Shown one piece after another: positions 29,901 to 45,270 of a stretch of DNA of 64,000 bases (the first letter of the stretch is position 1; every line of letters starts with the position of its first letter). Position numbers and translations under genes: made by a program. The DNA is from Eledone cirrhosa. Taxonomy: Eukaryota. The notes beneath the pieces are model-generated. The model had not been told where the DNA came from and did not search any database. It was given only the letters and a program-made list of their open reading frames with translations. Location: positions 6,138,001-6,202,000 of the forward strand of contig OZ024759.1 in the NCBI GenBank assembly GCA_964016885.1, written 5' to 3'.

Positions 29901-32417
29901 TCTGTCTACCAGTAAAGATACTATCAACATTTAGTACAAAACAACACTATGACTACATCACATTAAATATTAAAATCTTTACTGTAATACTGTAAATATT
30001 CACAACAATCTGTCCACCAGTAAAGATACTATAAACATTTAGTACAAAACAACACTATGACTACATCACATTAAATATTAAAGTCTTTACTGTAATACTG
30101 TAAATATTCACAACAATCTGTCCACCAGTAAAGATACTATAAACATTTAGTACAAAACAACACTATGACTACATCACATTAAATATTACAGTCTTTACTG
30201 TAATACTGTAAATGTTCACAACAATCTGTCTACCAGTAAAGATACTATAAACATTTAGTACAAAACAACACTATGACTACATCACATTCAATATTAATGT
30301 CTTTACTGTAATACTGTAAATGTTCACAACAATCTGTCCACCAGTAAAGATACTATAAACATTTAGTACAAAACAACACTATGACTACATCACATTAAAT
30401 ATTAAAGTCTTTACTGTAATACTATAAATTTTCACAACCATCTGTATACTAGTAAAGATACTATAAACATTTAGTACAAAACAACACTATGACTACATCA
30501 CAAAGTCTTTACTGTAATACTGTAAATATTCACAATAATCTGTCTACCAGTAAAGATACTATAAACATTTAGTACAAAACAACACTATGACTACATCACA
30601 TTAAATATTACAGTCTTTACTGTAATACTGTAAATGTTCACAACAATCTGTCTACCAGTAAAGATACTATAAACATTTAGTACAAAACAACACTATGACT
30701 ACACCACATTCAATATTAAAGTCTTTACTGTAATACTATAAATTTACACAACAATCTGTCCACTAGTAAAGATACTATAAACAATTAGTACAAAACAACA
30801 CTATGACTACATCACATTAAATATTAAAGTCTTTACTGTAATACTATAAATTTCCACAACAATCTGTCTACCAGTAAAGATACTATAAACATTTAGTACA
30901 AAACAACACTATGACTACATCACATTAAATATTAAAGTCTTTACTGTAATACTGTAAATGTTCACAACAATCTGTCCACTAGTAAAGATACTATAAACGT
31001 TTAGTACAAAACAAAACTATGACTACATCACATTAAATATTAAAGTCTTTACTGTAATACTGTAAATATTCACAACAATCTGTCCACCAGTTAAGATACT
31101 ATAAACATTTAGTACAAAACAACACTATGACTACATCACATTAAATATTAAAGTATTTACTGTAATACTGTAAATATTCACAACAATCTGTCCACCAGTA
31201 AAGATACTATAAACATTTAGTACAAAACAACACTTTGACTACATCACATTAAATATTACAGTCTTTACTGTAATACTGTAAATATTCACAACAATCTGTC
31301 CACCAGTAAAGATACTATAAACATTTAGTACAAAACACTATGACTACATCACATTAAATATTAAAGTCTTTACTGTAATACTGTAAATATTCACAACAAT
31401 CTGTCCACCAGTAAAGATACTATAAACATTTAGTACAAAAGAATACTATGACTACATCACATTAAATATTAAAGTCTTTACTGTAATACTGTAAATGTTC
31501 ACAACAATTTGTCTACCAGTAAAGATACTATCAACATTTAGTACAAAACAACACTATGACTACATCACATTAAATATTAAAGTCTTTACTGTAATACTAT
31601 AAATATTCACAACAATCTGTCTACTAGTAAAGATACTATAAACATTTAGTACAAAACAATACTATGACTACATCACATTAAATATTAAAGTCTTTACTGT
31701 AATACTGTAAATATTCACAACAATCTGTCCACCAGTAAAGATACTATCAACATTTAGTACAAAACAACACTATGACTACATCACATTAAATATTAAAGTC
31801 TTTACTGTAATACTATAAATATTCACAACAATCTGTCTACTAGTAAAGATACTATAAACATTTAGTACAAAACAACACTATGACTACATCACATTACATA
31901 TTAAAGTCTTTACTGTAATACTGTAAATATTCACAACAATCTGTCCACCAGTAAAGATACTATCAACATTTAGTACAAAACAACACTATGACTACATCAC
32001 ATTAAATATTAAAGTCTTTACTGTAATACTGTAAATATTCACAACAATCTGTCCACCAGTTAAGATACTATAAACATTTAGTACAAAACAACACTATGAC
32101 TACATCACATTAAATATTAAAGTATTTACTGTAATACTGTAAATATTCACAACAATCTGTCCACCAGTAAAGATACTATAAACATTTAGTACAAAACAAC
32201 ACTATGACTACATCACATTAAATATTACAGTCTTTACTGTAATACTGTAAATATTCACAACAATCTGTCCACCAGTAAAGATACTATAAACATTTAGTAC
32301 AAAACAACACTATGACTACATCACAAAGTCTTTACTGTAATACTGTAAATATTCAAAATAATCTGTCTACCAGTAAAGATACTATAAACATTTAGTACAA
32401 AACAACACTATGACTAC
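23954..32417 (+). repeat. HOR type B, copy 2: 79-monomer (8463-8465 bp) tandem duplicate of about 15489-23953
   Basis: Markers recur at +8463: TTGAAT 19884/28347, CCGTAAA 20881/29344, CAAAATA 23891/32354. 79x108=8532 minus 69 bp of deletions. Confidence 0.9.
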
Positions 32418-34450
32418 ATCACATTAAATATTAAAGTCTTTACTGTAATACTGTAAATGTTCACAACAATCTGTCCACTAGTAAAGATACTATAAACGTT
32501 TAGTACAAAACAACACTATGACTACATCACATTAAATATTAAAGTCTTTACTGTAATACTGTAAATGTTCACAACAATCTGTCCACTAGTAAAGATACTA
32601 TAAACGTTTAGTACAAAACAACACTATGACTATATCACATTAAATATTAAAGTCTTTACTGTAATACTGTAAATATTCACAACAATCTGTCCACCAGTAA
32701 AGATACTATAAACATTTAGTACAAAACAACACTATGACTACATCACATTAAATATTAAAGTCTTTACTGTAATACTGTAAATGTTCACAACAATCTGTCC
32801 ACTAGTAAAGATACTATAAACGTTTAGTACAAAACAAAACTATGACTACATCACATTAAATATTAAAGTCTTTACTGTAATACTGTAAATATTCACAACA
32901 ATCTGTCCACCAGTTAAGATACTATAAACATTTAGTACAAAACAACACTATGACTACATCACATTAAATATTAAAGTATTTACTGTAATACTGTAAATAT
33001 TCACAACAATCTGTCCACCAGTAAAGATACTATAAACATTTAGTACAAAACAACACTTTGACTACATCACATTAAATATTACAGTCTTTACTGTAATACT
33101 GTAAATATTCACAACAATCTGTCCACCAGTAAAGATACTATAAACATTTAGTACAAAACACTATGACTACATCACATTAAATATTAAAGTCTTTACTGTA
33201 ATACTGTAAATATTCACAACAATCTGTCCACCAGTAAAGATACTATAAACATTTAGTACAAAAGAATACTATGACTACATCACATTAAATATTAAAGTCT
33301 TTACTGTAATACTGTAAATGTTCACAACAATTTGTCTACCAGTAAAGATACTATCAACATTTAGTACAAAACAACACTATGACTACATCACATTAAATAT
33401 TAAAGTCTTTACTGTAATACTATAAATATTCACAACAATCTGTCTACTAGTAAAGATACTATAAACATTTAGTACAAAACAATACTATGACTACATCACA
33501 TTAAATATTAAAGTCTTTACTGTAATACTGTAAATATTCACAACAATCTGTCCACCAGTAAAGATACTATAAACATTTAGTACAAAACAACACTATGACT
33601 ACATCACAAAGTCTTTACTGTAATACTGTAAATATTCACAATAATCTGTCTACCAGTAAAGATACTATAAACATTTAGTACAAAACAACACTATGACTAC
33701 ATCACATTAAATATTAAAGTCTTTACTGTAATACTGTAAATGTTCACAACAATCTGTCCACTAGTAAAGATACTATAAACGTTTAGTACAAAACAACACT
33801 ATGACTACATCACATTAAATATTAAAGTCTTTACTGTAATACTGTAAATATTCACAACAATCTGTCCACCAGTAAAGATACTATAAACATTTAGTACAAA
33901 ACAACACTATGACTACATCACAAAGTCTTTACTGTAATACTGTAAATATTCACAATAATCTGTCTACCAGTAAAGATACTATAAACATTTAGTACAAAAC
34001 AACACTATGACTACATCACATTAAATATTAAAGTCTTTACTGTAATACTGTAAATGTTCACAACAATCTGTCCACTAGTAAAGATACTATAAACGTTTAG
34101 TACAAAACAACACTATGACTATATCACATTAAATATTAAAGTCTTTACTGTAATACTGTAAATATTCACAACAATCTGTCCACCAGTGAAGATGCTATAA
34201 ACATTTAGTACAAAACAACACTATGACTACATCACATTAAATATGTAAGTATTTACTGTAATACTGTAAATATTCACAACAATCTGTCCACCAGTAAAGA
34301 TACTATAAACATTTAGTACAAAACAACACTTTGACTACATCACATTAAATATTAAAGTCTTTACTGTAATACTGTAAATGTTCACAACAATTTGTCTACC
34401 AGTAAAGATACTATCAACATTTAGTACAAAACAACACTATGACTACATCA

Positions 34451-37400
34451 CATTAAATATTAAAGTCTTTACTGTAATACTATAAATATTCACAACAATC
34501 TGTCTACTAGTAAAGATACTATAAACATTTAGTACAAAACAATACTATGACTACATCACATTAAATATTAAAGTCTTTACTGTAATACTGTAAATATTCA
34601 CAACAATCTGTCCACCAGTAAAGATACTATAAACATTTAGTACAAAACAACACTATGACTACATCACAAAGTCTTTACTGTAATACTGTAAATATTCACA
34701 ATAATCTGTCTACCAGTAAAGATACTACAAACATTTAGTATAAAACAACACTATGACTACATCACATTAAATATTAACGTCTTTACTGTAATACTGTAAA
34801 TGTTCACAACAATCTGTCCACTAGTAAAGATACTATAAACGTTTAGTACAAAACAACACTATGACTACATCACATTAAATATTAAAGTCTTTACTGTAAT
34901 ACTGTAAATATTCACAACAATCTGTCCACCAGTAAAGATACTATAAACATTTAGTACAAAACAACACTATGACTACATCACAAAGTCTTTACTGTAAAAC
35001 TGTAAATATTCACAATAATCTGTCTACCAGTAAAGATACTATAAACATTTAGTACAAAACAACACTATGACTACATCACATTAAATATTAAAGTCTTTAC
35101 TGTAATACTGTAAATGTTCACAACAATCTGTCCACTAGTAAAGATACTATAAACGTTTAGTACAAAACAACACTATGACTACATCACATTAAATATTAAA
35201 GTCTTTACTGTAATACTGTAAATGTTCACAACAATCTGTCCACTAGTAAAGATACTATAAACGTTTAGTACAAAACAACACTATGACTATATCACATTAA
35301 ATATTAAAGTCTTTACTGTAATACTGTAAATATTCACAACAATCTGTCCACCAGTAAAGATGCTATAAACATTTAGTACAAAACAACACTATGACTACAT
35401 CACATTAAATATTAAAGTCTTTACTGTAATACTGTAAATATTCACAACAATCTGTCCACCAGTAAAGATACTATAAACATTTAGTACAAAACAACACTAT
35501 GACGACATCACATTAAATATTACAGTCTTTACTGTAATACTGTAAATATTCACAACAATCTGTCCACCAGTAAAGATACTATAAACATTTAGTACAAAAC
35601 AACACTATGACTACATCACATTAAATATTAAAGTCTTTACTGTAATACTGTAAATATTCACAACAATCTGTCCACCAGTAAAGATACTATAAACATTTAG
35701 TACAAAACAACACTTTGACTACATCACATTAAATATTACAGTCTTCACTGTAATACTGTAAATATTCACAACAATCTGTCCACCAGTAAAGATACTATAA
35801 ACATTTAGTACAAAACACTATGACTACATCACATTAAATATTAAAGTCTTTACTGTAATACTGTAAATATTCACAACAATCTGTCCACCAGTAAAGATAC
35901 TATAAACATTTAGTACTAAAGAATACTATGACTACATCACAATAAATATTAAAGTCTTTACTGTAATACTGTAAATGTTCACAACAATTTGTCTACCAGT
36001 AAAGATACTATCAACATTTAGTACAAAACAACACTATGACTACATCACATTAAATATTAAAGTCTTTACTGTAATACTGTAAATATTCACAACAATATGT
36101 CCACCAGTAAAGATACTATAAACATTTAGTACAAAACAACACTATGACTACATCACATTAAATATTAAAGTCTTTACTGTAATACGATAAATTTCCACAA
36201 CAATCTGTCTACCAGTAAAGATACTACAAAGATTTAGTACAAAACAACACTATGACTACATCACATTAAATATTAAAGTCTTTACTGTAATACTGTAAAT
36301 GTTCACAACAATCTGTCCACCAGTAAAGATACTATAAACATTTAGTACAAAACAACACTATGACTACATCACATTAAATATTAAAGTCTTTACTGTAATA
36401 CTGTAAATATTCACAACAATCTGTCCACTAGTAAAGATACTATAAACATTGAGTACAAAACAACACTATGACTACATCACATTAAATATTAAAGTCTTTA
36501 CTGTAATACTGTAAATGTTCACAACAATCTGTCCACCAGTAAAGATACTATCAACATTTAGTACAAAACAACACTATGACTACATCACATTAAATATTAA
36601 AGTCTTTACTGTAATACTGTAAATATTCACAATAATCTGTCTACTAGTAAAGATACTATAAACATTTAGTACAAAAGAATACTATGACTACATCACATTA
36701 AATATTAAAGTCTTTACTGTAATACTGTAAATATTCACAACAATCTGTCCACCAGTAAAGATACTATAAACATTTAGTACAAAACAACACTGACTACATC
36801 ACATTAAATATTGAAGTCTTTATTGTAATACTGTAAATATTCACAACAATCTGTCCACCAGTAAAGATACTATCAACATTTAGTACAAAACAACACTATG
36901 ACTACATCACATTAAATATTAAAGACTTTACTGTAATACTGTAAATGTTCACAACAATCTGTCCACCAGTAAAGATACTATAAACATTTAGTACAAAACA
37001 ACACTATGACTACATCACATTAAATATTAAAGTCTTTACTGTAATACTATAAATATTCACAACAATCTGTCTACTAGTAAAGATACTATAAACATTTAGT
37101 ACAAAACAATACCATGACTACATCACATTAAATATTAAAGTCTTTACTGTAATACTGTAAATATTCACAACAATCTCTCCACCAGTAAAGATACTATCAA
37201 CATTTAGTACAAAACAACACTATGACTACATCACATTAAATATTAAAGTCTTTACTGTAATACTATAAATATTCACAACAATCTGTCTACTAGTAAAGAT
37301 ACTATAAACATTTAGTACAAAACAATACTATGACTACGTCACATTAAATATTAAAGTCTTTACTGTAATACTGTAAATGTTCACAACAATCTGTCCACTA

Positions 37401-40400
37401 GTAAAGATACTATAAACGTTTAGTACAAAACAACACTATGACTACATCACATTAAATATTAAAGTCTTTACTGTAATACTGTAAATATTCACAACAATCT
37501 GTCCACCAGTAAAGATACTATAAACATTTAGTACAAAACAACACTATGACTACATCACATTAAATATTACAGTCTTTACTGTAATACTGTAAATATTCAC
37601 AACAATCTGTCCACCAGTAAAGATACTATAAACATTTAGTACAAAACAACACTATGACTACATCACAAAGTCTTTACTGTAATACTGTAAATATTCACAA
37701 TAATCTGTCTACCAGTAAAGATACTATAAACATTTAGTACAAAACAACACTATGACTACATCACATTAAATATTAAAGTCTTTACTGTAATACTGTAAAT
37801 GTTCACAACAATCTGTCCACTAGTAAAGATACTATAAACGTTTAGTACAAAACAACACTATGACTACATCACATTAAATATTAAAGTCTTTACTGTAATA
37901 CTGTAAATGTTCACAACAATCTGTCCACTAGTAAAGATACTATAAACGTTTAGTACAAAACAACACTATGACTATATCACATTAAATATTAAAGTCTTTA
38001 CTGTAATACTGTAAATATTCACAACAATCTGTCCACCAGTAAAGATACTATAAAAATTTAGTACAAAACAACACTATGACTACATCACATTAAATATTAA
38101 AGTCTTTACTGTAATACTGTAAATGTTCACAACAATCTGTCCACTAGTAAAGATACTATAAACGTTTAGTACAAAACAAAACTATGACTACATCACATTA
38201 AATATTAAAGTCTTTACTGTAATACTGTAAATATTCACAACAATCTGTCCACCAGTTAAGATACTATAAACATTTAGTACAAAACAACACTATGACTACA
38301 TCACATTAAATATTAAAGTCTTTACTGTAATACTATAAATATTCACAACAATCTGTCTACTAGTAAAGATACTATAAACATTTAGTACAAAACAATACTA
38401 TGACTACATCACATTAAATATTAAAGTCTTTACTGTAATACTGTAAATATTCACAACAATCTGTCCACCAGTAAAGATACTATAAACATTTAGTACAAAA
38501 CAACACTATGACTACATCACAAAGTCTTTACTGTAATACTGTAAATATTCACAATAATCTGTCTACCAGTAAAGATACTATAAACATTTAGTATAAAACA
38601 ACACTATGACTACATCACATTAAATATTAACGTCTTTACTGTAATACTGTAAATGTTCACAACAATCTGTCCACTAGTAAAGATACTATAAACGTTTAGT
38701 ACAAAACAACACTATGACTACATCACATTAAATATTAAAGTCTTTACTGTAATACTGTAAATATTCACAACAATCTGTCCACCAGTAAAGATACTATAAA
38801 CATTTAGTACAAAACAACACTATGACTACATCACAAAGTCTTTACTGTAAAACTGTAAATATTCACAATAATCTGTCTACCAGTAAAGATACTATAAACA
38901 TTTAGTACAAAACAACACTATGACTACATCACATTAAATATTAAAGTCTTTACTGTAATACTGTAAATGTTCACAACAATCTGTCCACTAGTAAAGATAC
39001 TATAAACGTTTAGTACAAAACAACACTATGACTACATCACATTAAATATTAAAGTCTTTACTGTAATACTGTAAATGTTCACAACAATCTGTCCACTAGT
39101 AAAGATACTATAAACGTTTAGTACAAAACAACACTATGACTATATCACATTAAATATTAAAGTCTTTACTGTAATACTGTAAATATTCACAACAATCTGT
39201 CCACCAGTAAAGATGCTATAAACATTTAGTACAAAACAACACTATGACTACATCACATTAAATATTAAAGTCTTTACTGTAATACTGTAAATATTCACAA
39301 CAATCTGTCCACCAGTAAAGATACTATAAACATTTAGTACAAAACAACACTATGACGACATCACATTAAATATTACAGTCTTTACTGTAATACTGTAAAT
39401 ATTCACAACAATCTGTCCACCAGTAAAGATACTATAAACATTTAGTACAAAACAACACTATGACTACATCACATTAAATATTAAAGTCTTTACTGTAATA
39501 CTGTAAATATTCACAACAATCTGTCCACCAGTAAAGATACTATAAACATTTAGTACAAAACAACACTTTGACTACATCACATTAAATATTACAGTCTTCA
39601 CTGTAATACTGTAAATATTCACAACAATCTGTCCACCAGTAAAGATACTATAAACATTTAGTACAAAACACTATGACTACATCACATTAAATATTAAAGT
39701 CTTTACTGTAATACTGTAAATATTCACAACAATCTGTCCACCAGTAAAGATACTATAAACATTTAGTACTAAAGAATACTATGACTACATCACAATAAAT
39801 ATTAAAGTCTTTACTGTAATACTGTAAATGTTCACAACAATTTGTCTACCAGTAAAGATACTATCAACATTTAGTACAAAACAACACTATGACTACATCA
39901 CATTAAATATTAAAGTCTTTACTGTAATACTGTAAATATTCACAACAATATGTCCACCAGTAAAGATACTATAAACATTTAGTACAAAACAACACTATGA
40001 CTACATCACATTAAATATTAAAGTCTTTACTGTAATACGATAAATTTCCACAACAATCTGTCTACCAGTAAAGATACTACAAAGATTTAGTACAAAACAA
40101 CACTATGACTACATCACATTAAATATTAAAGTCTTTACTGTAATACTGTAAATGTTCACAACAATCTGTCCACCAGTAAAGATACTATAAACATTTAGTA
40201 CAAAACAACACTATGACTACATCACATTAAATATTAAAGTCTTTACTGTAATACTGTAAATATTCACAACAATCTGTCCACTAGTAAAGATACTATAAAC
40301 ATTGAGTACAAAACAACACTATGACTACATCACATTAAATATTAAAGTCTTTACTGTAATACTGTAAATATTCACAATAATCTGTCTACTAGTAAAGATA

Positions 40401-42050
40401 CTATAAACATTTAGTACAAAAGAATACTATGACTACATCACATTAAATATTAAAGTCTTTACTGTAATACTGTAAATATTCACAACAATCTGTCCACCAG
40501 TAAAGATACTATAAACATTTAGTACAAAACAACACTGACTACATCACATTAAATATTGAAGTCTTTATTGTAATACTGTAAATATTCACAACAATCTGTC
40601 CACCAGTAAAGATACTATCAACATTTAGTACAAAACAACACTATGACTACATCACATTAAATATTAAAGACTTTACTGTAATACTGTAAATGTTCACAAC
40701 AATCTGTCCACCAGTAAAGATACTATAAACATTTAGTACAAAACAACACTATGACTACATCACATTAAATATTAAAGTCTTTACTGTAATACTATAAATA
40801 TTCACAACAATCTGTCTACTAGTAAAGATACTATAAACATTTAGTACAAAACAATACCATGACTACATCACATTAAATATTAAAGTCTTTACTGTAATAC
40901 TGTAAATATTCACAACAATCTCTCCACCAGTAAAGATACTATCAACATTTAGTACAAAACAACACTATGACTACATCACATTAAATATTAAAGTCTTTAC
41001 TGTAATACTATAAATATTCACAACAATCTGTCTACTAGTAAAGATACTATAAACATTTAGTACAAAACAATACTATGACTACGTCACATTAAATATTAAA
41101 GTCTTTACTGTAATACTGTAAATGTTCACAACAATCTGTCCACTAGTAAAGATACTATAAACGTTTAGTACAAAACAACACTATGACTACATCACATTAA
41201 ATATTAAAGTCTTTACTGTAATACTGTAAATATTCACAACAATCTGTCCACCAGTAAAGATACTATAAACATTTAGTACAAAACAACACTATGACTACAT
41301 CACATTAAATATTACAGTCTTTACTGTAATACTGTAAATATTCACAACAATCTGTCCACCAGTAAAGATACTATAAACATTTAGTACAAAACAACACTAT
41401 GACTACATCACAAAGTCTTTACTGTAATACTGTAAATATTCACAATAATCTGTCTACCAGTAAAGATACTATAAACATTTAGTACAAAACAACACTATGA
41501 CTACATCACATTAAATATTAAAGTCTTTACTGTAATACTGTAAATGTTCACAACAATCTGTCCACTAGTAAAGATACTATAAACGTTTAGTACAAAACAA
41601 CACTATGACTACATCACATTAAATATTAAAGTCTTTACTGTAATACTGTAAATGTTCACAACAATCTGTCCACTAGTAAAGATACTATAAACGTTTAGTA
41701 CAAAACAACACTATGACTATATCACATTAAATATTAAAGTCTTTACTGTAATACTGTAAATATTCACAACAATCTGTCCACCAGTAAAGATACTATAAAA
41801 ATTTAGTACAAAACAACACTATGACTACATCACATTAAATATTAAAGTCTTTACTGTAATACTGTAAATGTTCACAACAATCTGTCCACTAGTAAAGATA
41901 CTATAAACGTTTAGTACAAAACAAAACTATGACTACATCACATTAAATATTAAAGTCTTTACTGTAATACTGTAAATATTCACAACAATCTGTCCACCAG
42001 TTAAGATACTATAAACATTTAGTACAAAACAACACTATGACTACATCACA
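34451..42050 (+). repeat. HOR type C: two tandem copies of a 36-monomer (3853 bp) unit; the second lacks one monomer
   Basis: C-type markers recur at +3853: GTATAAAAC (variant T at 34741/38594), GACGACA 35501/39354, TAGTACTAAA 35911/39764. 36x108=3888 minus 35 bp. A monomer is missing near 40334. Confidence 0.88.
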
Positions 42051-44945
42051 TTAAATATTAAAGTATTTACTGTAATACTGTAAATATTCACAACAATCTG
42101 TCCACCAGTAAAGATACTATAAACATTTAGTACAAAACAACACTTTGACTACATCACATTAAATATTACAGTCTTTACTGTAATACTGTAAATATTCACA
42201 ACAATCTGTCCACCAGTAAAGATACTATAAACATTTAGTACAAAACACTATGACTACATCACATTAAATATTAAAGTCTTTACTGTAATACTGTAAATAT
42301 TCACAACAATCTGTCCACCAGTAAAGATACTATAAACATTTAGTACTAAAGAATACTATGACTACATCACAATAAATATTAAAGTCTTTACTGTAATACT
42401 GTAAATGTTCACAACAATTTGTCTACCAGTAAAGATACTATCAACATTTAGTACAAAACAACACTATGACTACATCACATTAAATATTAAAGTCTTTACT
42501 GTAATACTGTAAATATTCACAACAATATGTCCACCAGTAAAGATACTATAAACATTTAGTACAAAACAACACTATGACTACATCACATTAAATATTAAAG
42601 TCTTTACTGTAATACGATAAATTTCCACAACAATCTGTCTACCAGTAAAGATACTACAAAGATTTAGTACAAAACAACACTATGACTACATCACATTAAA
42701 TATTAAAGTCTTTACTGTAATACTGTAAATGTTCACAACAATCTGTCCACCAGTAAAGATACTATAAACATTTAGTACAAAACAACACTATGACTACATC
42801 ACATTAAATATTAAAGTCTTTACTGTAATACTGTAAATATTCACAACAATCTGTCCACTAGTAAAGATACTATAAACATTGAGTACAAAACAACACTATG
42901 ACTACATCACATTAAATATTAAAGTCTTTACTGTAATACTGTAAATGTTCACAACAATCTGTCCACCAGTAAAGATACTATCAACATTTAGTACAAAACA
43001 ACACTATGACTACATCACATTAAATATTAAAGTCTTTACTGTAATACTGTAAATATTCACAATAATCTGTCTACTAGTAAAGATACTATAAACATTTAGT
43101 ACAAAAGAATACTATGACTACATCACATTAAATATTAAAGTCTTTACTGTAATACTGTAAATATTCACAACAATCTGTCCACCAGTAAAGATACTATAAA
43201 CATTTAGTACAAAACAACACTGACTACATCACATTAAATATTGAAGTCTTTATTGTAATACTGTAAATATTCACAACAATCTGTCCACCAGTAAAGATAC
43301 TATCAACATTTAGTACAAAACAACACTATGACTACATCACATTAAATATTAAAGACTTTACTGTAATACTGTAAATGTTCACAACAATCTGTCCACCAGT
43401 AAAGATACTATAAACATTTAGTACAAAACAACACTATGACTACATCACATTAAATATTAAAGTCTTTACTGTAATACTATAAATATTCACAACAATCTGT
43501 CTACTAGTAAAGATACTATAAACATTTAGTACAAAACAATACCATGACTACATCACATTAAATATTAAAGTCTTTACTGTAATACTGTAAATATTCACAA
43601 CAATCTCTCCACCAGTAAAGATACTATCAACATTTAGTACAAAACAACACTATGACTACATCACATTAAATATTAAAGTCTTTACTGTAATACTATAAAT
43701 ATTCACAACAATCTGTCTACTAGTAAAGATACTATAAACATTTAGTACAAAACAATACTATGACTACGTCACATTAAATATTAAAGTCTTTACTGTAATA
43801 CTGTAAATGTTCACAACAATCTGTCCACTAGTAAAGATACTATAAACGTTTAGTACAAAACAACACTATGACTACATCACATTAAATATTAAAGTCTTTA
43901 CTGTAATACTGTAAATATTCACAACAATCTGTCCACCAGTAAAGATACTATAAACATTTAGTACAAAACAACACTATGACTACATCACATTAAATATTAC
44001 AGTCTTTACTGTAATACTGTAAATATTCACAACAATCTGTCCACCAGTAAAGATACTATAAACATTTAGTACAAAACAACACTATGACTACATCACAAAG
44101 TCTTTACTGTAATACTGTAAATATTCACAATAATCTGTCTACCAGTAAAGATACTATAAACATTTAGTACAAAACAACACTATGACTACATCACATTAAA
44201 TATTAAAGTCTTTACTGTAATACTGTAAATGTTCACAACAATCTGTCCACTAGTAAAGATACTATAAACGTTTAGTACAAAACAACACTATGACTACATC
44301 ACATTAAATATTAAAGTCTTTACTGTAATACTGTAAATGTTCACAACAATCTGTCCACTAGTAAAGATACTATAAACGTTTAGTACAAAACAACACTATG
44401 ACTATATCACATTAAATATTAAAGTCTTTACTGTAATACTGTAAATATTCACAACAATCTGTCCACCAGTAAAGATACTATAAAAATTTAGTACAAAACA
44501 ACACTATGACTACATCACATTAAATATTAAAGTCTTTACTGTAATACTGTAAATGTTCACAACAATCTGTCCACTAGTAAAGATACTATAAACGTTTAGT
44601 ACAAAACAAAACTATGACTACATCACATTAAATATTAAAGTCTTTACTGTAATACTGTAAATATTCACAACAATCTGTCCACCAGTTAAGATACTATAAA
44701 CATTTAGTACAAAACAACACTATGACTACATCACATTAAATATTAAAGTATTTACTGTAATACTGTAAATATTCACAACAATCTGTCCACCAGTAAAGAT
44801 ACTATAAACATTTAGTACAAAACAACACTTTGACTACATCACATTAAATATTACAGTCTTTACTGTAATACTGTAAATATTCACAACAATCTGTCCACCA
44901 GTAAAGATACTATAAACATTTAGTACAAAACACTATGACTACATC
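39684..44945 (+). repeat. Tandem duplication of a 24/25-monomer sub-block (period 2577 bp), overlapping type C and leading into an A-type tail
   Basis: TAGTACTAAA at 39764 and 42341 (+2577 = 24x108-15). The ordered markers TACGATA, TTGAG, TCTCC and TAAAAATTT all repeat. Confidence 0.82.
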
Positions 44946-45270
44946 ACATTAAATATTAAAGTCTTTACTGTAATACTGTAAATATTCACAACAATCTGTC
45001 CACCAGTAAAGATACTATAAACATTTAGTACAAAAGAATACTATGACTACATCACATTAAATATTAAAGTCTTTACTGTAATACTGTAAATGTTCACAAC
45101 AATTTGTCTACCAGTAAAGATACTATCAACATTTAGTACAAAACAACACTATGACTACATCACATTAAATATTAAAGTCTTTACTGTAATACTATAAATA
45201 TTCACAACAATCTGTCTACTAGTAAAGATACTATAAACATTTAGTACAAAACAATACTATGACTACATCA

